Assembly (NCBI GenBank): GCA_051362555.1
Contig: CM120641.1
Location: 49,172,401-49,236,400, forward strand
Length of the DNA stretch: 64,000 nucleotides
From: Lingula anatina
Lineage: Eukaryota; Animalia; Brachiopoda
Direction: 5' to 3'
The notes beneath the pieces are model-generated. The model saw only the letters and a list, made by a program, of their open reading frames with translations. It made no database searches and was not told the origin of the DNA. The translations under genes were made by a program, and so were the position numbers. Below are positions 1 to 12,000 of this stretch, piece by piece; position 1 is the stretch's first letter, and each line of letters opens with the position of its first letter.

Positions 1-3000
1 AACATTGCTAAGAAACATCTCCAGCCAGTGCCATGGTTTATTGATAAGATTATCCAGGTTTGTCACTTGTAGCATTGTCATGAAAACAGCTTTCCAAAAA
101 TGTAACTGAGGATAGATGTATACTTCTATTCCAAATTTTATCAGTGGTTTGCCATTCAGATGCATTTACCCATTTTAAAAATTGGACTAAATTCTGTTAA
201 CTGTGGCAGAGATTTTTAAAGAATGGCAGTATTTTATACTTGTATGTCTTTCTAAAAAAATTCTTTGTTAATCCTTAGGTCTATGAAATGATCCTTGTGC
301 GTCATGGTCTGATGATAGTTGGTGAGCCTCTTGGAGGGAAGACGTGTTCCTACCAGGTGCTGGCAGATGCCCTCTCTGACCTCCATGCTGCTGGGATGAT
401 GGAAGAGAACAAAGTGATGTACCGCATCATCAACCCTAAAGCTATCACCATGGGACAGCTGTATGGATGCTTTGACCCTGTGTCACATGAGTGGTCTGAT
501 GGTAAGATGATGACTTCAACTTTCTTTATTACCACACTTCTACTTAACTAAAAAAACTTAAAGTGTCTAGTTCCTGTTAAATTGATTTAAGGTATGAACA
601 TGTTTAATATCAGTGGGACTGAAAACAATGAGAGCTGTATGTGTCTTTTCTCAGGTGTTCTTGCCAACACATTCAGAGAGTTTGCAGTGAACCCTAGTGA
701 TGACAGGAAGTGGATTCTGTTTGACGGTCCTGTAGACGCTGTCTGGATTGAGAACATGAATACAGTACTGGATGACAATAAAAAGGTGGGTAACTGACAT
801 ATATTGACATATGTATACTGACACAACACAAGAAGACATGAGCACAAGTAACACAATATGATTGAGAACATGAACACAGCACTGGATGAGAATAAGAAGG
901 TGGGTAACTAACATATACTGACAAAACACAAGAGCAAATGCATCCAAATGATTACAATATCACATCAAACACATTTTCTTACTTCCTTTCAGTTATGTCT
1001 AATGAGTGGTGAGATCATTCAGATAATTACAATATCACATCAAACACATTTTCTTACTTCCTTTCAGTTATGTCTAATGAGTGGTGAGATCATTCAGATA
1101 ATTACAATATCACATCTAACACATTGTCTTCCTTCCTTTCAGTTATGTCTAATGAGTGGTGAGATCATTCAGATAATTACAATATCACATCTAACACATT
1201 GTCTTCCTTCCTTTCAGTTATGTCTAATGAGTGGTGAGATCATACAGATGAGTAACACCATGAACCTGATATTTGAGCCAGCAGACCTGGAGCAGGCGTC
1301 TCCAGCCACAGTCAGCAGGTGTGGAATGATCTACCTGGAACCTCATCAGCTGGGATGGAAGCCCTCTAAGCAGTCTTATATGGAGCATGATCTCCCTAAG
1401 AACCTGACAGCTGATGAGTCTGGGATGGTGAATGATTTGTTTGAGTGGCTGCTGGACCCCTGTCTGGAGTTCCTGAGACATGAGTGCAAGTTCTACATCA
1501 ATACATCCCAGATCCACCTGGCCCGCTCCATGATGAGGCTGTACACCTGTCTTCTGGATGAGATAGCTCTGTCTGGTACTGAGGGACAGGAACAGTTAAC
1601 TAGCCAACAGGTAAAAGGATATTTTCACGCCAAAACTGTGACATCAGTTTTGATTTCTGAAAAAAAAAAAGGAATTATGTTTGGATTGCAAGGGTTTAAC
1701 TGATGTTTTAAAAACATTGACCAAGAATAAAACTTCCACATAATCTATGATTTTATGTTAATCAAATAATTAATGAGAAATCTCTGATAATCTGTGTGTT
1801 TCAGATCACCCTGTGGCTCCAGGGGTTGTTTTTGTTTGCCCTGGTCTGTAAGATAATTAACAATCTCTGATAATCTGTGTGTTTCAGATCACCCTGTGGC
1901 TCCAGGGATTGTTTTTGTTTGCCCTGGTCTGTAAGATAATTAACAATCTCTGATAATCTGTGTGTTTCAGATCACCCTGTGGCTCCAGGGGTTGTTTTTG
2001 TTTGCCCTGGTCTGGACTATTGGAGGGACTTTGACTGGAGACAGCAGGAAGAAGTTTGATGTCTACTTTAGAAACCTGATCAGTGGCAGTGATGAAGCTC
2101 ACCCTAAACCAAAGAGTGTCAAGATCACTAAGGTATGGAAATACACATTGTTTATATTGCCAAGATTTGCTTAGACATAAAGTTAAGGTCCACAAGGTAT
2201 TGGCCTCAGTACTGTTAAGAGCACCATTTAGTCTAATACTGTAAAGACCATCAAACAAAATAAAATAGTCATGTCATGAAGTACCCAAATAAACAGATAG
2301 TTAAGTTATTATAACCAACCAAACTAAGTGAATGAAATGACTTTTGAATAAATTGGAACAGAATGGTTGCAATTCTCTCTTTTAAAAATGATGCCCCAAT
2401 TTGTTTTGTAGAACAACTCTTTCCCAGAGCGTGGCACCATCTTTGACTTTTTCTTTGAGAAACGTGCCAGTGGTATGTGGATAGACTGGCTGGACACACT
2501 AGATAAAGGACTGCTCACTGTGCCTCCTGATGCTAATGTAAGTATCTACACACTGTCACAGGCTCACAGCTAACACACTGTCACACTTAACACACTGTCA
2601 TTGCTAAAACACTGTCACACTCAACATACTGTCAGTGCTAAAACACTGTCACAGCTTACACACTGTCATAGCTAACACAATGTCACACTCAACACACTGT
2701 CACACCTAACACACTGTCACAACTAACACACAATTAACACACTGTCTCAGCTAACACATTAAACTGACTGTATGTTTTACAGTGTCTTATCTGTTCTCTG
2801 TAGACCTGTATGTCATTTGAAATGCTGTGAAAAAATACACAATTCAAGTCACATCATCTAGTTGTATATATATAATACACATGACTTAGGCCATATCTGG
2901 CTACTGAAATGATCTATATTCCAGGTCAGTGAGCTTATCATCCACACTGCTGACACAGCTCGCCAGAAGTTTTTCCTGAACACTTACCTTCACCATCAGA

Positions 3001-6000
3001 TCCCAATGTTGTTTGTGGGTCCTACAGGAACAGGGAAGTCTGCCATTACACAGAGCCACCTGGTCAGCATGCCTAAGGAAAAGTAAGTCAACCACTGGGG
3101 ATATTATGCTGTTTATCACAGTCAAGTAAAATCCAAGTCATGGTCCTTGTAAATAGTGTCTTTGTAGTCATGAGACACAATATTAATTGATTCTCTTCAT
3201 CTTAATGTATTGGAAAAGTGCACAGATGCATGATAACTCCTTATGTGTATATTTATTTATGTAGCATGTATGATACAGTATAAGTCTGTGTGTGTTGGTA
3301 TTATATACAATGTATCATATGACATCCTGTGTGTATGATACAGTATATGTCTGTGTGTGTTGGTGTGTATGATATACAATGTATCAAATGACATCCTGTG
3401 TGTATGATACAGTATATGTCTGTGTGTGTTGGTGTGTATGATATACAGTGTATCAAATGACATCCTGTGTGTATGATACAGTATATGTCTGTGTGTGTTG
3501 GTGTGTATGATATACAATGTATCATATGACATCCTGTGTGTATGATACAGTATATGTCTGTGTGTGTTGATGTGTATGATATACAATGTATCATATGACA
3601 GCCTGTGTATTATATTATTTACTTGATGTTTTTCAGGTACATTCCCAACTGTATGAACTTCTCAGCCCGCACCTCTGCCAATCAGACCCAGGACATCATT
3701 ATGTCCAAACTAGACAGGTATGGAAGCAAGTGCTACTAAACGTTGTCCTTAATGTAACATCACCATTGACATCATCATATCAACAGGTGTAACGTTATAT
3801 CAAAATAATAGTACAAACAGCTAATGATGCTGTATTTCACTCTAGGCGAAGGAAGGGTGTATTTGGTCCTCCCATGAACAAGAAGTGTATAGTGTTTGTG
3901 GATGATCTGAACATGCCAGCCAAGGAGAAGTATGGAGCTCAGCCACCTATAGAACTGCTGCGGCAGTGGATAGATCATGGTCACTGGTATGATGTCAAGG
4001 ATACAACTAAACTCTTCCTCACTGATGTGGTAAGTGGTGTGGTAGGAAAAACACCTGACACACTGTCACACCTGACACATTGTCACACCTGACACACTGC
4101 CACACCTGACATACTGTCACACCTGTCGCAATTTCACACCTGACACACTGTCACACCTGACACATTGTCACACCTGACACATTGTCACACCTGACACATT
4201 GTCACACATAACACATTGAGACACCTGCCACATGCTACAAATCATCAATTCACTTAGACATCACTGATAAACTACCAAGAGAAGAACTTGAATTTTTCCT
4301 TACTGATGTAAAAATTTGTTTGGTAGTATTGATATATTTCTATTAAACATTATATGCACCTTCCTTTCCTTTTATGTTGTTCTGGTGGAGACAAAACATC
4401 TGAATAACTCATATATTTCTGTATATTTCTTCAGCTGCTTGTGTCTCATATTCTACATTACGTTTTTGTGAAGACAAAACCTCTGAATAACTCGTATATC
4501 TGTATCTATTTATTTTCAGCTGTTTGTGTCTGCTATGGGTCCCCCAGGTGGAGGAAGAAATGACATCAGCAGTCGGTTCACACGCCACCTGAACATCATC
4601 TCCATCGACGAGTTTGATGACACCACCATGACCAGGATCTTCACCTCCATTGTGGACTGGCACTTTGCCAAGGGGTTTGAGGCCAGTTTCACCAGAGTTG
4701 GCAAGGTAACCCATCTTTAGAGGATTATAGATTGAATCTTTTATTTACAGATATTGTGATCGTTATTTCACATTCCAGAAAAAGTTTCACACACTATATA
4801 TTTTAAAATTACATATTTATTTATCCTTTTAGTTCAGTGAGCAATAGAGAATATGGTATATGGAATAATTTTATTATAATCTATGGCAGACAGGTGGATA
4901 AATAAGCTGGTAAGTGAGAGATATCTGTGTTAGTTAACTAACCTGTATGCTTGGCGTGTTCCAGATGATGGTAGCAGCCACTATGGGGGTGTACAAGGAG
5001 GCCATCACACACTTCTTACCAACTCCTTCCAAGAGTCACTACGTGTTCAACCTGCGTGATTTCTCACGTGTCATACGTGGTGTGCTGCTCATACCATCAA
5101 CGCACATGCAGGATACAGACAAGCTCATGCGCCTGTGGGTGCACGAGGTCTATCGTGTGTTTTATGACCGTCTCATTGACAGCGAAGACAGGTGAGTCAC
5201 GGAAATGTTAACAGTTGGCAAATCATCTTACTGGCAATTTTTTCTTATTTTGAACAATTATTATGAAAATAATATTTAATATGTTTTATGCGGAAGGCAG
5301 ATTAATGAGAATTTTAACACTTCTATATACAGAGTGCTGCAGTGAAGAAGATATATATGCTAATAATTTGATAAAAAGGGGAATTTCTCTTCTGATAATT
5401 TTACTGTTGACATTTGCTCTGTCATCAGAAGCAGTTTATGTCTCCATTTTCTTCAGGCTGACTTTCTTCAACATTGTGAAGACCACCTGTCAGGACTACC
5501 TGAAAGTCAGTGTGGACAAAATCTTAAGCCACCTGTCACCCTCTGGCAAGGTGATAGATGACCACATCCGTAGCTTGTTCTTTGGAGACTACATGGATGA
5601 GCAGAATAAGGTGTATGATGAGGTGACTGACCTCAAGGAGCTCACAAGTACTATAGAGGGGTAAGAGAACAATGTGCGATGTGGTGACTGACTTCAAAGA
5701 GCTGACATGTACTTTACGAGGGTATATGGAACAGGCAATCAGTTATTAGTGACATTTGTTAGGTCAGCTCATGGTGTATCTGATGAGCAAGCTGTTGTCT
5801 GTTATTGATGTTGTCATTTGGTTGTTTTCAGTTCATTATTGTTTTAACACTACTGTCCACATGTATACTGCTGTTTCTCAGTTTTCTCAGCATGGGACAT
5901 TTCCCAGGTTATACTCCAAACACATCTTGTGTAAATGTTATGATATCTCACAATATTTTTCATATGTTGTATCAGCAATTGTGTTTGTTAAAGTGTCTAC

Positions 6001-9000
6001 AGTGTCACTGTCCACAGTGTTAATGTGAAAACAGTGTCACTGTCCACAGTGTTAATGTGAAAACAGTGTCACTGTCCATGGTGTCTGTATCCAGTGAACA
6101 CCTGGTGACACACCTGTCCAGCACTGTCCTCTCTCCCTCACCTGCACCTCCCATTTCAGCTACCTGGATGACTACAACTCCATCAGTAAGGCTCCCATGC
6201 ACCTGGTCATGTTTAAGTTTGCCATTGAACACATATCCCGTGTCGCACGTGTACTCAAGCAGGATAACGGGCATGCACTTCTTGTTGGTAAGTTACACAT
6301 AGTAGAAATGTTTTATATGCTGTCTTTTTATTTTGGATTATATGAACTATCCTTGAAACAATTGTCATTCATGTAAATTATTTTAAGGGATAACTTTGTT
6401 ACAACCTTCAAACGTTGCCATGGTTTTCAGAGTTCAGTTGGCCTAGTAATGTGGTTAATGGTGTGTTAGATGTGTGACAAGTGTGATATTGTACTAGATG
6501 TGACAAATGTGACAGATATGAATGAGTCAGTTGTGCCAGTTAGGACAGTATATTGATATAACTCTCTCTGTACACTAGGTATTGGAGGCAGTGGTCGCCA
6601 GAGTGCAGCTAAGCTGGCCACAGCCATGGCAGAGTATGACATGTTCATGATTGAAATCACCAAGAACTACAGCAGAAATGACTGGAGAGATGACTTGAAA
6701 AAGGTACCTGGCTGATAACATCTTTTTAATTGTCTATTGTATTTCCTGCGTACATTAAAGCTTCATTAGTAATTATATAACAACATACAGTTATCAATTA
6801 GCCAGGGACAGGGTCCTTAATTAGATGCCATTCTGGCAGTGATCAGTGTGTGTTGTCTTTCAGCTCCTCCTGAAGGCAGGCGGGGACGGCAAACCCACAG
6901 TGTTCCTGTTTGCTGATACTCAGATCAAAGATGAATCCTTCATGGAGGACATTAGTATGATCCTGAACACAGGGGATGTACCCAACCTGTACCCCTCTGA
7001 TGAGAAAGCTGAGATCATAGAGAAAATGCAGACAGTGGCCAGAAATGAGGGCAAGAAGATGGATGCTACTCCTCTGGCCATGTACAACTACTTCATAGAC
7101 AGAGTGAAACAGAACCTTCACATTGTGCTGGCCATGAGCCCCATAGGAGACGCCTTTAGAAACAGACTGAGGATGTTTCCTTCTCTCATTAATTGCTGCA
7201 CCATTGATTGGTTCCAGGTAGGTAGAACTGTGTGTTAGCTGTGACAGTGTGTTAAATATGACAGTATGTTAGCTGTGACATTGTGTTAAATACGACAGTG
7301 TGTTAGATGTGACATTGTGTTAAATATGACAGTGTGTTAGCTGTGACAGTGTGTTAAATATGACAGTATGTTAGCTGTGACAGTGTGTTAAATATGACAG
7401 TATTTTAGGTGTGACTGTCCTTTATGTGTGACAGTGTGTTGCATGTAACAGTATCTTAAATGTGACAGTGTGTTAGACAGACAGTGTGTTAGATGCGACA
7501 GTAGTCTAAAAAATATAACAATTGTTGTATATTCCAGGCTTGGCCAGAAGATGCTCTAGAGATGGTGTGGTGCTATGTTATATAAGAGAATGTGTTATAT
7601 GTGACAGTGCACTAGAAAATATAACAATTGTTGTATATTCCAGGCCTGGCCAGAAGATGCTCTAGAGATGGTGTGGTGCTATGTTATATAAGAGAATGTG
7701 TTATATGTGACAGTGCACTAGAAAATATAACAATTGTTGTATATTCCAGGCCTGGCCAGAAGATGCCCTAGAGATGGTGTGGTGCTATGTTATATAAGAG
7801 AATGTGTTATATGTTACAGTGATCTAGAAAATATAACAATTGTTGTATATTCCAGGCTTGGCCAGAAGATGCCCTAGAGATGGTGGCTAACAAGTTCCTG
7901 GAGGAGGTAGATCTAGAGGACAGTGTGAGGACCAGTGTGGTCTTCATGTGTAAATATTTCCATGAAAGTGTCCGAAAACTCTCAGAAAGGTAACCACTGC
8001 TTTTTTCTGCTTCATGGAAGGCAGCATTGTTTTATATTTGCTTCTTAGTAGAGATGTGTGAAATCATCTGCATTTTTCATTTCATGTTTTCTTGCATGCT
8101 GAACTGTATATAAATCAATGTAACAGTTGAATATATAACAATTTTCCTGTTATTTTCCTCAGATTTATGGACGTTCTCCGCAGACACAACTATGTAACAC
8201 CCACCTCTTACCTAGAGCTGATATTGACCTTTAAGAAACTGCTGGGGGTAAAACAGGAAGAGATCTTAACACTGAAGAACAGATACATTGTGGGTCTTGA
8301 AAAGTTGGAGTTTGCTGCCTCGCAGGTAGGGTATTTAGAATGCATATCTTTATTGTTTGCACATCTGTGGAAATATTGAGAGTTTACAGTTTTATATATA
8401 GGTAGCAATAGTAAATCTAACATATTCTAGAACAGTTCCAGTGCCCATCTTCAGCCTTTATAATGGCATATTTTGATATGATGAGCTTTTGGTGTTATTC
8501 TTGTCCATATGTTTCCTAGGTCTCAGTGATGCAGGTAGAACTATAATGATATGTCAAGTTTTTTGGTGATATTCTTGTCCATATGTTTCCTAGGTCTCAG
8601 TGATGCAGGTAGAACTACGTGAGCTGCAGCCAGAGCTTGTCAAAACATCAGAGGAAACTGACAAACTGATGACAAAGATTGAACAGGAGACAGTGGATGT
8701 GGAGGCCAAGAAAGAGGTGAGTGACAGAAGAAAGAAGAGGGTTGATAAGAATAAGAATTTGTATTTAAGCTAATGACTTCAGTTTCTCAACAGATTTTGG
8801 ATGCTACAACATATAAATATTTGACCTTTTATGACTTAAAGTAATTGATTTAAAATAATGTACTTTTTTTTAGTTCTTTTTAATTCAACATTTTCTCCTA
8901 ACCTTATTGTTGTTGATTTAGAATGAATTGATAACCACACTGTACACATTGCACTTTTTGTAGAATGTTGCTGTTGACTTGGAGAGTATTGATAACCATA

Positions 9001-12000
9001 ATGTAAACATTTCACTATTTCTAGATTGTTGCAGCTGATGAGGCTGTTGACTTGGAGAGTATTGATAACCATAATGTAAACATTTCACTATTTCTAGATT
9101 GTTGCAGCTGATGAGGCTGTTGCTAACAAAGCAGCTGCAGCAGCTCAAGCCATCAAAGATGATTGTGAGAGTGACCTTGCTGAGGCCATCCCTGCCCTGG
9201 AGGCCTCCATCCAGGCCCTGAACACACTGAAACCTGCAGATATCAGCATGGTCAAAGCCATGAAGGTGAGGCTGGAGATAGAAAAATGGGGAGTAGGAAT
9301 AGGGAATAGAATATGGAGCCAAGGTCTACAGTGGGGCTGTAGTTTGAAACAAGTTCACAAATTCCTTAATATCTTTCGAGGTCCACACAGTCTTCATCAA
9401 TTTTTATGACTGTAGTCAATTTTGGGATGGAGTCAGTGCCTAAGGCTTTCCCATGTGTATCTAAAGATCCCCTTTGTGTATATACAAACCTGTCTCCCAG
9501 AATTCTAGATCATATGATATATTTCCAGAACCCTCCCGCTGCAGTCAAACTGGTCATGGAGTCGGTGTGTGTGATGCTGGGAGTGAAGGCTGAGAGAAAG
9601 CCAGACCCTGGAGGCTCAGGAAAGATGATCCAAGATTTCTGGGGACCCTCTCAGAAACTGCTGGGTGACATGAAGTTCCTGGATAGACTGAAGACCTATG
9701 ATAAGGACAACATTCCACCAGCCATCATGAAGAATATCAGAGAAACGTAAGCTTTAGAAGAATATTAGTGTAACAAGATATAAATAAAAGATCAATTGAA
9801 AGTGAGTTTAACTTAATGAATTCAAAAACAGTGAAAAAAATGTAGGTATTGTATATGTGTATTGTGTTGTATTACAGCTATATCAGCAACAAGGAGTTTG
9901 ACCCCAAGTTAATCAAGCAGGCATCCACAGCCTGTGAGGGTCTGTGTCGCTGGGTGAAAGCCATGGATGTCTATGACAGGGTGGCCAAAGTGGTGGCACC
10001 AAAGAAGGCCAAACTGGCTGAAGCCGAGGGCGAGCTGGCAGTTCAGATGGAAAAACTCAACACCAAGAGAGCACAGCTTAAAGAGGTAGGGTCAGAGGGC
10101 ATTAGATTGAACAGTATTTCTTACCCTGTACAACCAATACAATCTGTATTGCTGTGGGATGAACTGTATGTCTCACCAACACAATCCACTGTCACACCCA
10201 ACACAATACACTGTCACACCCCACACAATCTAAATGATTGTGGGTTTAACAAAACTGTAAATAATAAATGTAAAACATGTTAACCCTTAATAGTATCAGC
10301 ATAAATATTGTATACAGTGTCATTTTAGTTTTAAGTATTCCCAGGAGTGTTAAGTTGTAATATGTAAAGCACTAATCGAGGAATACTTTCCTTCCAGGTG
10401 GTAGACAAGCTTCAGGCTCTGAATGATGAACTGGAGGCAATGACACAGAAGAAGAAGGAGCTGGAAGACAATATAGATCTCTGTGAGAAGAAACTGGACA
10501 GAGCAGAGAAGCTGATTGGTGGTCTTGGTGGTGAAAAGACTCGGTGGACAGAAAATGCCCGTGTTCTTGGCGCCACCTATATTAATATCACAGGTGATGT
10601 ACTGCTGAGTAGTGCGGTGGTGGCATATCTGGGGGCATTCACTGTGGACTTCAGACAGGTAACACTGCAACCAGTTCTGCATATACTTACTTTTTTTAAG
10701 TGAGATGAGTATTGTATTAACCAAGACAAGTAATATTGTGTGAGATCAGACAAGTTGTACTTGGCATTGTGTTAGATGAGACTTGTTGTACTTGACATTG
10801 TGTTAGATGAGACAAAGCACTGCACTGAATGTGTCTGTTGCAGGATGTGACCAAGGATTGGCATGACCACTGTGTGGAGAAGGAAATCCCATGTTCTCCA
10901 AACTTTTCTCTTAATGTCACTCTTGGGGAGCCGGTCAAGATCAGGGCCTGGAACATTGCTGGCCTTCCAGTGGACAGCTTTAGTGTGGACAATGGTATCA
11001 TTGTGGCCAACTCCCGCCGCTGGCCACTCATGATAGATCCACAAGGTACTGCTCTGTTCTTACTTTTTGCAATGTGGACCAAGGTTTTAAATAGCTAACA
11101 CACATACAGATGTCTGTGACAGGATTATCTGCAGTTTTCTATGGCTTATTGTAACACATTCATCTCTATCAGTTCATGGAAACAATCCCAATCACTGTGT
11201 ATGGTTCTGATATGGTTGTTACTGTATGTTTTCTTCAGGGCAAGCCAACAAGTGGGTGAAGAATATGGAGAGGGAAAACAATATGAAAATCATCAAATTG
11301 TCAGATCCTGGCTATGTGAGAACCTTGGAGAATTCCATCCAGTTTGGACACCCAGTTCTACTGGAGAATATAGGTGTGTTCTGGATAACTAATGCAGTAG
11401 AATACAATAGGCTTGATAACTAATATAGAAGAATACAATAGGCTGGATAACTGATATAGTAGAATACAATAGGCTGGATAACTGATGTAGTAGAATACAA
11501 TAGGCTGGATAACTGATGTAGTAGAATACAATAGGCTGGATAACTGATGTAGTAGAATACAATAGGCTGGATAACTGATGTAGTAGAATACAATAGGCTG
11601 GATAACTAATATAGTAGAATAAAATAGGCTGGATAACTAATATAGTAGAATACAATAGGCTGGATAACTGATGTAGTAGAATACAATAGGCTGGATAACT
11701 GATGTAGTAGAATACAATAGGCTGGATAACTGATGTAGTAGAATACAATAGGCAGTACAGCTGGTGATCAGATGACAATGCTATTAAATATTAGTGTTCT
11801 ATGCTGCAAACCTGAATATCTCCAACATATAGGTAATGTATTATTACCATGGGTCACTTTGTTAGTATCCTTGTTCTCAGTGCACCCTAGCAGTAGTTTA
11901 ACCGTTTCTAAGTGCTGCCATCTATTGTGTATTTCCAGGAGAGGAGCTGGATCCCATCCTTGAGCCAGTCTTGCAGAAGCTGACCTTTAAAGTTGGTGGT

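Noticed and set aside
3257-3594. Repetitive ORFs here and at 11389-11778, 35214-35545 and 37736-38213
   Set aside because: Translations of minisatellites or transposon subterminal repeats.
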